Shown piece after piece: positions 53,217 to 63,960 of a stretch of DNA of 64,000 nucleotides. Location: positions 1 through 64,000 of IMG/VR virus record IMGVR_UViG_2531839010_000002; one strand, written 5' to 3'. The stretch's first letter is position 1, and each line of letters begins with the position of its first letter. The stretch comes from a virus (Duplodnaviria; Caudoviricetes). The position numbers and the translations under genes were made by a program. The notes beneath the pieces are model-generated. The model saw nothing but the letters and a program-made list of their open reading frames with translations. It was not told where the DNA came from and did no database searches.

Positions 53217-56200
53217 ATGCCAACCAAAGCTGAACTATATGCACAGATGGCGGAGAAAGTGGCAACGCAGCTCACGGGAAGCTGGCAGGAATGGGCAGGG
53301 TTTCTCACCACTGCTTCCCGCCTTTACAAGTACCCGTTCCATGAGCAGTTGATGATCTACGCCCAGCGTCCGGACGCTACCGCCTGTGCAGAGTACGATT
53401 TGTGGAATGAAAAGATGGGGCGGTATGTAAGGCGCGGCTCCAAGGGGATCGCTCTGGTGGACGATTCCGGGGACAGACCCCGCCTGCGCTATGTTTTTGA
53501 TATTTCCGACACCGGAACCCGTGAACATTCCCGCACTCCCTGGCTGTGGCAGCTGGAGGAGCGCCATCTGGATTCCGTGCAGGTCATGCTGGAGCGCACC
53601 TATGATGTTTCCGGTGATGACCTTGCCGGACAGCTCACTGAGGTAGCCGGAAAACTGGCTGAGGAATACTGGACGGAGCATCAGCAGGACTTCTTCTATA
53701 TCGTTGACGGTTCCTTTTTGGAGGAATATGATGAGTTTAACATCGGAGTACAGTTCAAGGCAGCAGCCACCGTCAGTATCACTTATGCTTTGATGTCCCG
53801 CTGTGGACTGGAACCGGAACGCTACTTCGACCACGAAGATTTCATGGCGATCTTTGATTTCAATACTCCGGCAACCATCGGAGCGTTGGGAACAGCGGTC
53901 AGCCAGATCAACCAGCAGGTGCTGCGGCAGATCGGCGTTACCGTCCGAAATGCAGAGCGCGAAGCCAACCAAGAAAGGAGCAAACAAGATGAACAATCCC
54001 ATGACCTATATCCAGAACGGAGACTATCTGATTCCCGACCTGAAGCTGAGCCAGCAGCCGGAGAAACCCCTGGGCAAGTACGGCAGGATGAGGAAAACCT
54101 ACCTGAAGGAACACCGTCCCATCCTCTACAACCAGATGTTGCTGAGCGAGAAGCTGTACCCGCACCTTCTGGAGATCGACGAGACCGCCCAGAGCAGACT
54201 GGAGCAGATGATGCCCCAGCTGGCGAAGGAAGCGGGAGCCACCGAGGAACTGAAAGCCAGCGATCCCATGAAGTGGGTGGGGCTGATGAACACCTGCAAA
54301 GCTCAGGCCGAGGAAATCCTGATGACGGAGCTTATCAACAGCTGACTCTAAACCTGTTCCTCTCCGAAGCGGAACAGATCCAATCCATAGATGAAGCAGA
54401 GAATGTAGCGCATACATCCTCTGCTTTTTCTTTTGCCCAAAATGACATCGACCATGTGCTGCGTTTGGGCGGTAATACAGACCGTCAAAGGGAGCGTGTG
54501 GTTGCAGCCTTTGAAAAGCAGAAAACCACCGCTGAGATTGCTGAGATACTGAAAACGCTGTACCACGGCGGTAACGGCCTTGGCAGTGTGAGCGCATGGT
54601 ATGCCGAGGATGGTATCCATCTTTCCCACGGGAAGTCTGTCCGTTATGACAGGTCTGCCCAGGTCATTTCCTGGGAGAGCGCCGCAGAGCGTATCGGGGA
54701 GCTTTTGGAAAGTGGTCAGTTTGCCTCCAATGTGGAGCTTGCAGAAGCGGCAGGCTATGAACGCTCCCTCCTTTCAGAAAAGCTCTGGCATCTGTACCAC
54801 GATTTCAGCGAGGAAGCCAGAGAAGCCGGATATTTGTCCTGCCTGTCAGAGATCAAAGGCAATGGTTTCCCGGAGGAGACCCGCCGCCTGACGGAGCAGC
54901 TGAGTGACCCGGCTTTCCGCCAGACACTCAAGGAAGAATACGCTGCCTTCTGGACTGCCTATCAGCAGGACCGTGACCTGTTGCGTTTTCGCTATCATAG
55001 ACCGAGGGAGATCTGGGAGAACCTGAAGGACCTTGACCTGCCCCGCAGGACCTTTTCTTCAGAGCTTTCCCAAGTGCCAACCGTCCAGCACTTCATTACC
55101 GAGGATGAGATCGACGCCGCTATGACCGGCGGCAGCAGTTTCGCCGGAGGAAAAGGCCGTATCTATGCGTTCTTCATGGCAAACCATACGGATAAGGAGA
55201 AAGTGAGATTCCTCAAAGACGAGTATGGCATTGGCGGACGCTCTCATGCCCTGTCCGGCGCAACACACAGCGGCGAAGATCACGATGGGAAAGGACTGCA
55301 CTATAAAAAGCAGGACTGCCCGGATGTTCACTTGAACTGGGAAAAGGTTGCCAAGCGCATTACCTCTCTTGTCCAGAAAGGCCGCTATCTTACCGAACAG
55401 GAACAGGCGCAGTATGACAAAATCCAGGCTGAAAAGGAATTGGCAGAAGAAGATGCCATCCAAGCCCAGCAGCCGGAGGTGGAGAAAGAAACGCCAAAGC
55501 CTACCCTTCGGGAGCAGTTTGAGCAGTATAAGACTGTGGTGACTGCCGCCATTTCCGAGGATACCGCATACCGCAATGCCTGCGGGCATTCTGACCGTGA
55601 AAATGCTGTCATCGAGGGCAATGCCGCTGTGCGCCGTGCGGTCCTTGGTTCTAAGGATATGGAGCTGATCCGCCTCTATTCGGATGTGCCGGAGTTCCGA
55701 CAGCGACTGCACCGGGAAGTGATCGACGAAACCTATCCAAAGCTCCATGAACTTCTGCGCCCTCTTTCTCAGGAAGATATTGATACTGCCATTTGTGCAT
55801 GGAACGGCAATATCGAGAGTAAACACGCTGTCGTCCGTTATATGAAAGACCATGCAAGAGAGAAAGATACCGCTGCATGGCTGGCTCAGGAATACGGCGG
55901 CAGTAACAGCAACAGCCTGTTCGTTGTCCGTGCCGGAAGCCCGGAGGAAACGCAGCTGCCCTGGCCGAAGGTACAGCGCAGGCTTGCCCAGCTTATTCAG
56001 GAGGATCGGTTCTATACCGAAGAAGAACAGGACCGTTTTGACGACATCGACCCAATCGCCATCCGGGAAGCTCTGGAGGAAAGAGGGATCGTCAACGGCC
56101 AGGTGGCAGACCCGGAAAAACTGGACAATGACCCGTTTATCCAGCAGGTGGTGTCGGATGTAGAGCAGATCGCAGCTGCCGAGACAGAACAGACTTCCGA

Positions 56201-59200
56201 GGTTTCCATTTCCGATGAGGAATATGATGCCGTTCGCCGCCCGACTCCGCAAAGAACCTCCTATGATCCTGCCGCCCCGGTTTATGCCGTGGGCGATACC
56301 GTGTATATCGAGGATGACGCCTATCAGATCACCGAGCTACGGGATGACACCGTGCAGCTTCTGCCTACCGGCATGGTATATCCCATCTATCGGGCAGAGC
56401 GCAAAGAACAGTTCGAGCAGCTGCTTCGGGCAGACCGCCGCAATGCTTACTATACCGAGTTTCTTCCCATTGACCCGGACAAGGCAGATCAAGACCTGCG
56501 GGATGTATTGGCCCATGGACTGATGGATGAAGCGGATAAACAGCAGCTTTCCACGCTACTGCAATCTGGCAGGAGCAACAGTGAGATCGCCTACTGGCTG
56601 AGCAGAGCCTACCCTCATGAGATTGAGACCCTGAATCTGGAGACCGGCGATATTGCCGATTACCGTACCACGGCACAGGGCATGGAGCTGGAAGTCCTGG
56701 ACGCAGAGGAAAAGCGTCTGGCTGTGCTGTATTTCCGCTGGGATGAGGTTGCGCCTTTGCTGCGCGGGATGTATGCCCGTCAGCAGGACGGCTTTGGACA
56801 GGAACAGCCCCAACCGGCTACCGAATCCCCGACCTTCCATTCCGAGACCATGGCCGTCTATCCGGGCGATAAGAACCATCTACCTTATGATGTGGTGGTG
56901 GAACGGTTGCATATTGAGGAGCCGGAGCCGCCAGCCCCTGTAACAGAGCCGGAGAAAACCTTTGAGGAAGTGCTGGATGAACACCCGGTTTCCATTCAGG
57001 TCAACGGCCAGTGGCAGACCTTCCCCAATGCCAAAGCTGCCGAGGAAGCCTCCTATGAGGAATACAAGGCTAACCTGCGCCGCAATGCACAGAACTTCCG
57101 CATTACCGATGAGCATTTGGGCGAAGGCGGTCCAAAAACCAAGTTCCAGGCAAATGTTAATGCCATTCGTTTGCTGAAAGAGCTGGAAGCTGCCGGACAG
57201 CAGGCAAGCCCCGAACAACAGGAGATTCTTTCCCGTTATGTGGGCTGGGGCGGTCTTTCAGATGCCTTTGACTCGGAAAAACTGGCATGGGTTTCCGAGT
57301 ATGCCCAGCTGAAAGAGTTGCTGACCCCGGAGGAATATGCCGCCGCCAGAAGCTCTACCCTCAATGCCCATTACACCAGCCCTACGGTTATCCAGGCAAT
57401 CTATGAAGCGGTGGGGCGCATGGGCTTTGAGACCGGAAATATTTTGGAGCCATCTATGGGTGTGGGCAACTTCTTCGGTATGCTGCCGGAGGAAATGAGA
57501 AACAGCCGTCTATACGGTGTGGAGCTGGACCCGATTTCCGGGCGCATCGCAAAGCAGCTCTATCCCAAGGCGGACATCACAGTAGGCGGCTTTGAGACCA
57601 CTGACAGGCGGGACTTCTTTGACCTTGCCATCGGCAATGTGCCTTTCGGTCAGTATCAGGTCAACGACAAAACTTACAACAAGTTAAACTTTAGTATTCA
57701 CAACTACTTTTTCGCCAAAGCACTGGATCAGGTGCGCCCCGGCGGTGTGGTAGCTTTTGTGACCTCCCGCTATACCATGGACGCCAAGGATTCCACCGTG
57801 CGCCGCTATCTTGCCCAGCGTGCCGAGCTGCTGGGAGCGATCCGTCTGCCTAATGACGCGTTCAAAAAGAATGCCGGTGCCGAGGTTGTATCGGACATCA
57901 TCTTTCTCCAAAAGCGGGACCGTCCGCTGGACATTGCACCAGAGTGGACGCAGACCGGACAAACGGAGGATGGGTTTGCCATCAACCGGTATTTTATCGA
58001 CCACCCGGAAATGGTGCTGGGCAGACAGGAGCCGGTAAGCACTGCTCATGGTATGGATTACACCGTGAACCCTATCGAGGGACTGGAGCTTTCCGACCAG
58101 CTGCATGATGCGGTGAAGTACATTCATGGCACTTATCAGGAGGCAGAGCTGCCGGAGCTGGGCGAAGGCGAAGCCATTGACACCTCCATTCCTGCCGACC
58201 CAAATGTGAAGAACTATTCCTATGCCATTGTAGACGGGCAGGTGTACTATCGGGAAAACAGCCGCATGGTGCGCCCTGACCTCAACGCCACCGCCGAAGC
58301 CCGCGTGAAAGGTCTTGTGGGACTGCGTGATTGTGTGCAGGAACTGATCGACCTTCAGATGGATGCAGCGGTTCCAGACAGCACCATTACCCAAAAACAG
58401 GCGGAACTGAACCGGCTCTATGACAGCTTTTCTGCCAAATACGGTCTCATCAATGACCGTGCAAACCGCCTGGCCTATGCAGACGATTCTTCCTATTACC
58501 TGCTCTGTGCGCTGGAAGTTATTGACGAGGACGGAAAGCTGGAGCGCAAGGCGGATATGTTCACCAAACGAACCATCAAGCCCCATCAGGCAGTGGCTGC
58601 TGTGGATACGGCAAGCGAAGCACTGGCGGTGTCCATCTCGGAAAAAGCCTGCGTAGATATGGGCTATATGAGCCAGCTTAGCGGAAAAACAAAAGAAGAA
58701 CTGGAGGGAGAACTGCAAGGTGTGATCTTCCGTGTACCGGGACAGCTGGAACAGGACGGATCGCCCCATTATGTGACTGCTGATGAATACCTTTCCGGCA
58801 ATGTACGCCGCAAACTGCGTCAGGCACAGAGGGCGGCACAGCAGGACCCGGTTTATGCAGTCAATGTGGAAGCCCTTACCGCCGCCCAGCCCAAAGACCT
58901 GAATGCGTCGGAGATCGAGGTGCGTCTGGGCGCTACCTGGATTGACAAGGAGTACATCCAGCAGTTTATGTATGAGACCTTCAACACCCCGGTTTATCTC
59001 CAGCGCAGCATTGAGGTCAACTATTCCTCCTTTACTGCTGAATGGCAGATCAAGGGGAAATCTTCTGTATCCTACAACGATGTGGCAGCCTACACCACCT
59101 ACGGAACCAGCCGTGCCAATGCCTACAAGATTTTGGAGGACAGCCTGAACCTGCGGGATGTCCGTATCTATGACACCATAGAGGACGCAGACGGAAAAGA

Positions 59201-61094
59201 GCGCCGCGTGCTGAATGCCAAGGAGACCACTCTGGCTGCCCAACAACAGCAGGCTATCCGGGAAGCCTTTAGGGACTGGATCTGGAGAGACCCGGAGCGC
59301 CGCCAGACTTTGGTGCGCCAGTATAACGAAGAAATGAACGCTACCCGTCCCCGCGAGTATGATGGCAGCCATATCACTTTTGGCGGCATGAACCCGGCCA
59401 TTACCCTGCGGGAACACCAAAAAAGCGCTATCGCCCATGTGCTGTATGGCGGAAATACCCTGCTGGCACACGAAGTAGGCGCGGGCAAAACCTTTGAGAT
59501 GGTGGCCGCTGCGATGGAAGCCAAACGCCTGGGCTTGTGCCAGAAATCTCTCTTTGTGGTTCCCAACCACCTGACTGAGCAGTGGGCATCGGAGTTTCTG
59601 CGCCTCTATCCTTCTGCCAACATCTTAGTCACAACCAAAAAGGACTTTGAGACCCATAACCGCAAGAAGTTCTGCGCCCGTATTGCGACCGGTGACTACG
59701 ACGCCATCATCATGGGACACAGTCAGTTTGAGCGTATCCCCATCAGCCGGGAGCGTCAGGAACGGCTTCTCTATGAGCAGATCGACGAGATCACCGAGGG
59801 GATTGCAGAGGTACAGGCCAGCGGCGGCGAGCGTTTTACCGTCAAGCAGCTGGAGCGTACCAGAAAGTCTCTGGAAGCCAGACTGGAAAAGCTGCAAGCC
59901 GAAGGGCGAAAAGACGATGTGGTAACCTTCGAGCAGCTGGGTGTGGACCGTTTGTTTGTGGACGAGGCCCACAACTATAAAAACCTGTTTCTATACACAA
60001 AAATGCGGAATGTGGCTGGTCTGTCCACATCGGACGCGCAGAAATCCTCCGATATGTTTGCCAAGTGCCGCTATATGGATGAGATCACCGGAAACCGTGG
60101 CGTGATTTTTGCCACCGGCACCCCGGTCAGCAACTCCATGACCGAGCTTTACACCATGCAGCGTTATCTTCAGTATGAACGCCTGCAAGAACTGAACATG
60201 ACCCACTTCGACTGCTGGGCTTCCCGATTTGGAGAGACCGTCACAGCATTGGAGCTGGCACCGGAAGGCACCGGCTACCGGGCAAGAACGAGATTCAGCA
60301 AGTTCTTTAATCTGCCGGAGCTGATGAACCTGTTCAAAGAAGTGGCGGACATCAAGACCGCCGACCAACTGAACCTGCCCACCCCGGAGGTGGAATACCA
60401 CAACATCGTGGCGCAGCCTACCGAACATCAGCAGGAAATGGTCAAGGCTCTTTCGGAGCGTGCATCGCTGGTACACAGCGGAACCGTTGACCCGTCTCAG
60501 GACAATATGCTCAAGATTACCTCGGATGGCCGTAAGCTGGGGCTTGACCAGAGGATCGTCAACCAGATGCTGCCGGACGAATCTGGCACAAAGGTCAATC
60601 AGTGTGTGGACAACATCATGCAGATCTGGCGGGACGGCAAAGCTGACAAGCTGACCCAGTTGGTGTTCTGCGACATTTCCACGCCCCAGTCAGCTCTCTC
60701 CAAAAAGGCAGCCAAACAGCTGGACAATCCGCTGCTTCACGGGTTGGAAGAAGCAATCCCACTGGATGAACCGGAGCCTGCCTTTACCATCTATGAGGAC
60801 ATCCGCCAGAAGCTCATCGCCCAGGGGATGCCTGCCGAGCAGATCGCCTTTATCCACGAAGCCAACACAGAGGTACGGAAAAAGGAACTGTTCTCCAAGG
60901 TCCGCACCGGGCAGGTGCGTGTCCTATTAGGAAGCACTGCCAAGATGGGTGCTGGCACCAATGTGCAGGACCGCCTTGTGGCGTTGCATGATTTGGACTG
61001 TCCGTGGCGTCCGGGAGATGTAGGACGGATTTTGCGGACATTCAAAATAAAAAAGAATGTGGAGGTAACAGACAATGGCAAAATCATTATTTGA
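53217..61094 (+). CDS. Giant N6-adenine methyltransferase/SNF2-family helicase (DarB-like), C-terminally truncated by an insertion at ~61020
   Basis: LEPSMGVGNF and IGNVPF MTase motifs; AHEVGAGKT, FVDEAH, ATGTP helicase motifs; sequence diverges right after DCPWRPGD, motif VI missing. Confidence 0.9.
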   Translation: MPTKAELYAQMAEKVATQLTGSWQEWAGFLTTASRLYKYPFHEQLMIYAQRPDATACAEYDLWNEKMGRYVRRGSKGIALVDDSGDRPRLRYVFDISDTGTREHSRTPWLWQLEERHLDSVQVMLERTYDVSGDDLAGQLTEVAGKLAEEYWTEHQQDFFYIVDGSFLEEYDEFNIGVQFKAAATVSITYALMSRCGLEPERYFDHEDFMAIFDFNTPATIGALGTAVSQINQQVLRQIGVTVRNAEREANQERSKQDEQSHDLYPERRLSDSRPEAEPAAGETPGQVRQDEENLPEGTPSHPLQPDVAEREAVPAPSGDRRDRPEQTGADDAPAGEGSGSHRGTESQRSHEVGGADEHLQSSGRGNPDDGAYQQLTLNLFLSEAEQIQSIDEAENVAHTSSAFSFAQNDIDHVLRLGGNTDRQRERVVAAFEKQKTTAEIAEILKTLYHGGNGLGSVSAWYAEDGIHLSHGKSVRYDRSAQVISWESAAERIGELLESGQFASNVELAEAAGYERSLLSEKLWHLYHDFSEEAREAGYLSCLSEIKGNGFPEETRRLTEQLSDPAFRQTLKEEYAAFWTAYQQDRDLLRFRYHRPREIWENLKDLDLPRRTFSSELSQVPTVQHFITEDEIDAAMTGGSSFAGGKGRIYAFFMANHTDKEKVRFLKDEYGIGGRSHALSGATHSGEDHDGKGLHYKKQDCPDVHLNWEKVAKRITSLVQKGRYLTEQEQAQYDKIQAEKELAEEDAIQAQQPEVEKETPKPTLREQFEQYKTVVTAAISEDTAYRNACGHSDRENAVIEGNAAVRRAVLGSKDMELIRLYSDVPEFRQRLHREVIDETYPKLHELLRPLSQEDIDTAICAWNGNIESKHAVVRYMKDHAREKDTAAWLAQEYGGSNSNSLFVVRAGSPEETQLPWPKVQRRLAQLIQEDRFYTEEEQDRFDDIDPIAIREALEERGIVNGQVADPEKLDNDPFIQQVVSDVEQIAAAETEQTSEVSISDEEYDAVRRPTPQRTSYDPAAPVYAVGDTVYIEDDAYQITELRDDTVQLLPTGMVYPIYRAERKEQFEQLLRADRRNAYYTEFLPIDPDKADQDLRDVLAHGLMDEADKQQLSTLLQSGRSNSEIAYWLSRAYPHEIETLNLETGDIADYRTTAQGMELEVLDAEEKRLAVLYFRWDEVAPLLRGMYARQQDGFGQEQPQPATESPTFHSETMAVYPGDKNHLPYDVVVERLHIEEPEPPAPVTEPEKTFEEVLDEHPVSIQVNGQWQTFPNAKAAEEASYEEYKANLRRNAQNFRITDEHLGEGGPKTKFQANVNAIRLLKELEAAGQQASPEQQEILSRYVGWGGLSDAFDSEKLAWVSEYAQLKELLTPEEYAAARSSTLNAHYTSPTVIQAIYEAVGRMGFETGNILEPSMGVGNFFGMLPEEMRNSRLYGVELDPISGRIAKQLYPKADITVGGFETTDRRDFFDLAIGNVPFGQYQVNDKTYNKLNFSIHNYFFAKALDQVRPGGVVAFVTSRYTMDAKDSTVRRYLAQRAELLGAIRLPNDAFKKNAGAEVVSDIIFLQKRDRPLDIAPEWTQTGQTEDGFAINRYFIDHPEMVLGRQEPVSTAHGMDYTVNPIEGLELSDQLHDAVKYIHGTYQEAELPELGEGEAIDTSIPADPNVKNYSYAIVDGQVYYRENSRMVRPDLNATAEARVKGLVGLRDCVQELIDLQMDAAVPDSTITQKQAELNRLYDSFSAKYGLINDRANRLAYADDSSYYLLCALEVIDEDGKLERKADMFTKRTIKPHQAVAAVDTASEALAVSISEKACVDMGYMSQLSGKTKEELEGELQGVIFRVPGQLEQDGSPHYVTADEYLSGNVRRKLRQAQRAAQQDPVYAVNVEALTAAQPKDLNASEIEVRLGATWIDKEYIQQFMYETFNTPVYLQRSIEVNYSSFTAEWQIKGKSSVSYNDVAAYTTYGTSRANAYKILEDSLNLRDVRIYDTIEDADGKERRVLNAKETTLAAQQQQAIREAFRDWIWRDPERRQTLVRQYNEEMNATRPREYDGSHITFGGMNPAITLREHQKSAIAHVLYGGNTLLAHEVGAGKTFEMVAAAMEAKRLGLCQKSLFVVPNHLTEQWASEFLRLYPSANILVTTKKDFETHNRKKFCARIATGDYDAIIMGHSQFERIPISRERQERLLYEQIDEITEGIAEVQASGGERFTVKQLERTRKSLEARLEKLQAEGRKDDVVTFEQLGVDRLFVDEAHNYKNLFLYTKMRNVAGLSTSDAQKSSDMFAKCRYMDEITGNRGVIFATGTPVSNSMTELYTMQRYLQYERLQELNMTHFDCWASRFGETVTALELAPEGTGYRARTRFSKFFNLPELMNLFKEVADIKTADQLNLPTPEVEYHNIVAQPTEHQQEMVKALSERASLVHSGTVDPSQDNMLKITSDGRKLGLDQRIVNQMLPDESGTKVNQCVDNIMQIWRDGKADKLTQLVFCDISTPQSALSKKAAKQLDNPLLHGLEEAIPLDEPEPAFTIYEDIRQKLIAQGMPAEQIAFIHEANTEVRKKELFSKVRTGQVRVLLGSTAKMGAGTNVQDRLVALHDLDCPWRPGDVGRILRTFKIKKNVEVTDNGKIII
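53989..54345 (+). CDS. tnpV: TnpV-family protein nested in the +1 frame of the helicase gene
   Basis: SD GAAAGGAG, ATG 53989; MNNPMTYIQNGDYLIPDL...GKYGRMRKTYLK...EIDETAQSR...GATEELKA...W.GLMN, alignable with TnpV at 61075. Confidence 0.8.
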   Translation: MNNPMTYIQNGDYLIPDLKLSQQPEKPLGKYGRMRKTYLKEHRPILYNQMLLSEKLYPHLLEIDETAQSRLEQMMPQLAKEAGATEELKASDPMKWVGLMNTCKAQAEEILMTELINS

Positions 61095-61449
61095 GGAACT
61101 GGGCGGCAAATACGAAAGGCAAGGCGATTATCTAATTCCATGTATAACTTTACCCGCCGAAGAAGAACAGGCAATAGGTATCTGGGGGCAGCGGCATTTG
61201 GATTATCTGAAGCATCACTGTAAAGTTACATACACCAATCTTCTTACAAGCGGCAGACTTAACGCTTACCTTGCCGACATTGACAGACAGGCACAGGAAC
61301 GCTTTGAAAGGCTCATAGAGGGTATGAAACAGGCACAGGGCATAACGGAACAGCTAAAGGCAGAAAACGCCTTAGAATGGACAGGATGCCTCAATAACAT
61401 AAGGGCTTGTGCGAGGGAGATTGTGGAAAAGGAAATTATTTTTGCATAA
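61075..61449 (+). CDS. tnpV: TnpV protein
   Basis: MAKSLFEELGGKYERQGDYLIPCITLP...IGIWGQRHLDYLK. Confidence 0.93.
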   Translation: MAKSLFEELGGKYERQGDYLIPCITLPAEEEQAIGIWGQRHLDYLKHHCKVTYTNLLTSGRLNAYLADIDRQAQERFERLIEGMKQAQGITEQLKAENALEWTGCLNNIRACAREIVEKEIIFA

Positions 61450-61506
61450 ACAGATGATTAGTGGCAGGGTGAAATCCTGCCGCTTTTTTTGCTTTAGTTT
61501 GTCAGC

Positions 61507-61535
61507 TTGACAAATAAAGGGTTAAGGAATATAAT
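61507..61535 (+). promoter_or_regulatory. tet(O) promoter
   Basis: TTGACA-17 bp-TATAAT. Confidence 0.85.
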
Positions 61536-61744
61536 TAGATTCAGTTTTATACAAGGAGTTAATAAATATGCGGCAAGGTATTCTTAAATAAACTGTCAAT
61601 TTGATAGTGGGAACAAAAAGTAGCAGTCCCGTTTCACTTTTAATATGGGGCTTAGTTTTTTGTACCCAGTTTAAGAATACTTTTATCATGTAATTTTATA
61701 TGCCCGAAAACATATAAGTGTTTTGGGGCTATTGGAGTTATTTG

Positions 61745-61780
61745 CCCAGTGATAGGAGTATTTATCACTGGGTATTTTTA
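61745..61780 (+). promoter_or_regulatory. Attenuator-like hairpin in the tet(O) leader
   Basis: CCCAGTGATA-ggagtatt-TATCACTGGG followed by TATTTTTA. Confidence 0.7.
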
Positions 61781-61815
61781 TGCCCTTTTTTGGGTGTTGA
61801 TAGGAGGAAAATCAC

Positions 61816-63735
61816 ATGAAAATAATTAACTTAGGTATTCTGGCTCACGTTGACGCAGGAAAGACAACATTAACGGAGAGTTTATTGTATACCAGTGGTG
61901 CAATTGCAGAACTAGGGAGCGTAGATAAAGGCACAACAAGGACAGATACAATGAATTTGGAGCGTCAAAGGGGAATCACTATCCAGACAGCAGTGACATC
62001 TTTTCAGTGGGAGGATGTAAAAGTCAACATTATAGATACGCCAGGCCATATGGATTTTTTGGCGGAAGTATACCGTTCTTTATCCGTATTAGACGGAGCA
62101 GTATTATTAGTTTCTGCAAAGGATGGCATACAGGCACAGACCCGTATACTGTTTCATGCATTACAGACAATGAAGATTCCGACAATTTTTTTCATCAATA
62201 AAATTGACCAAGAGGGGATTGATTTGCCAATGGTATATCGGGAAATGAAAGCAAAGCTTTCTTCGGAAATTATAGTGAAGCAAAAGGTTGGGCAGCATCC
62301 CCATATAAATGTAACGGACAATGACGATATGGAACAGTGGGATGCGGTAATTATGGGAAACGATGAACTATTAGAGAAATATATGTCAGGGAAACCGTTT
62401 AAAATGTCAGAACTGGAACAGGAAGAAAACAGGAGATTCCAAAACGGAACGTTATTTCCCGTTTATCACGGAAGCGCTAAAAACAATCTGGGGATTCGGC
62501 AGCTTATAGAAGTGATTGCCAGTAAATTTTATTCATCAACGCCTGAAGGTCAATCTGAACTATGCGGGCAGGTTTTTAAGATTGAATATTCAGAGAAAAG
62601 GCGGCGTTTTGTTTATGTGCGTATATATAGCGGAACATTGCATTTGAGGGATGTCATTAGAATATCTGAAAAAGAGAAAATAAAAATCACAGAGATGTGT
62701 GTTCCGACAAACGGTGAATTATATCCATCCGATACAGCCTGCTCTGGTGATATTGTAATTTTACCAAATGATGTTTTGCAGCTAAACAGTATTTTGGGGA
62801 ACGAAATGCTGTTGCCGCAGAGAAAATTTATTGAAAATCCTCTCCCTATGCTCCAAACAACGATTGCAGTAAAGAAATCTGAACAGCGGGAAATATTGCT
62901 TGGGGCACTTACAGAAATTTCAGATGGCGACCCTCTTTTAAAATATTATGTGGATACTACAACGCATGAGATTATACTTTCTTTTTTGGGGAATGTGCAG
63001 ATGGAAGTCATTTGTGCCATCCTTGAGGAAAAATATCATGTGGAGGCAGAAATAAAAGAGCCTACTGTTATATATATGGAAAGACCGCTTAGAAAAGCAG
63101 AATATACCATCCACATAGAAGTCCCGCCAAATCCTTTCTGGGCTTCTGTCGGGTTGTCCATAGAGCCGCTCCCTATTGGAAGCGGAGTGCAGTATGAAAG
63201 CAGAGTTTCACTTGGATATTTAAACCAATCGTTCCAAAATGCGGTTATGGAGGGGGTTCTCTATGGCTGCGAGCAGGGGCTGTATGGATGGAAAGTGACA
63301 GACTGTAAAATCTGTTTTGAATATGGATTGTATTATAGTCCTGTAAGTACCCCCGCAGACTTTCGGCTGCTTTCCCCTATCGTATTGGAGCAGGCTTTAA
63401 AAAAAGCAGGGACAGAACTATTAGAGCCATATCTCCACTTTGAAATTTATGCACCGCAGGAATATCTCTCACGGGCGTATCATGATGCCCCAAGGTATTG
63501 TGCAGATATTGTAAGTACTCAGATAAAGAATGACGAGGTCATTCTGAAAGGAGAAATCCCTGCCAGATGTATTCAAGAATACAGGAACGATTTAACTTAT
63601 TTCACAAATGGGCAGGGAGTCTGCTTGACGGAGTTAAAAGGATACCAGCCAGCTATTGGTAAATTTATTTGCCAACCCCGCCGCCCGAATAGCCGTATAG
63701 ATAAGGTTCGGCATATGTTCCACAAGTTAGCTTAA
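61816..63735 (+). CDS. tet(O): Tetracycline ribosomal protection protein Tet(O)
   Basis: 639 aa; [20 protein letters not shown]; N- and C-termini match the Tet(O) sequence as recalled. Confidence 0.95.
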   Translation: MKIINLGILAHVDAGKTTLTESLLYTSGAIAELGSVDKGTTRTDTMNLERQRGITIQTAVTSFQWEDVKVNIIDTPGHMDFLAEVYRSLSVLDGAVLLVSAKDGIQAQTRILFHALQTMKIPTIFFINKIDQEGIDLPMVYREMKAKLSSEIIVKQKVGQHPHINVTDNDDMEQWDAVIMGNDELLEKYMSGKPFKMSELEQEENRRFQNGTLFPVYHGSAKNNLGIRQLIEVIASKFYSSTPEGQSELCGQVFKIEYSEKRRRFVYVRIYSGTLHLRDVIRISEKEKIKITEMCVPTNGELYPSDTACSGDIVILPNDVLQLNSILGNEMLLPQRKFIENPLPMLQTTIAVKKSEQREILLGALTEISDGDPLLKYYVDTTTHEIILSFLGNVQMEVICAILEEKYHVEAEIKEPTVIYMERPLRKAEYTIHIEVPPNPFWASVGLSIEPLPIGSGVQYESRVSLGYLNQSFQNAVMEGVLYGCEQGLYGWKVTDCKICFEYGLYYSPVSTPADFRLLSPIVLEQALKKAGTELLEPYLHFEIYAPQEYLSRAYHDAPRYCADIVSTQIKNDEVILKGEIPARCIQEYRNDLTYFTNGQGVCLTELKGYQPAIGKFICQPRRPNSRIDKVRHMFHKLA

Positions 63736-63786
63736 CAGCTTGCAAAAGTCGTATAAAATGAGATTTGAAAGGATTAGAGACTAATT

Positions 63787-63960
63787 ATGATGAAATGCGA
63801 ATGGATATTGTGTCCTGTTTGTGGGAGCAAAACCCGTAATAAAATTAGGAAGGACACTGTTTTGAAGAATTATCCCCTTTATTGTCCAAAATGCAGACAG
63901 GAAAGATTGATTAAAGTTGACAACTTGAAGATAACTGTCATCAAAGAGCCAGACGCTTAA
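63787..63960 (+). CDS. Cysteine-rich KTR peptide (cpp2-like, 57 aa)
   Basis: MMKCEWILCPVCGSKTRNKIRKDTVLKNYPLYCPKCRQERLIKVDNLKITVIKEPDA. Confidence 0.88.
   Translation: MMKCEWILCPVCGSKTRNKIRKDTVLKNYPLYCPKCRQERLIKVDNLKITVIKEPDA

Noticed and set aside
57684-59570. Long minus-strand ORFs (also 41263-42930, 50741-52294, 47199-48581, 55059-56252, 9206-10009)
   Set aside because: They lie antisense to well-supported genes with strong codon bias, have no recognisable motifs or SD, and are best explained as shadow ORFs
61816-63735. Mosaic tet(O/32/O) or tet(O/W/O) allele
   Set aside because: The translated sequence reads as Tet(O) throughout with only isolated substitutions; a nucleotide alignment would be needed to exclude a short mosaic patch
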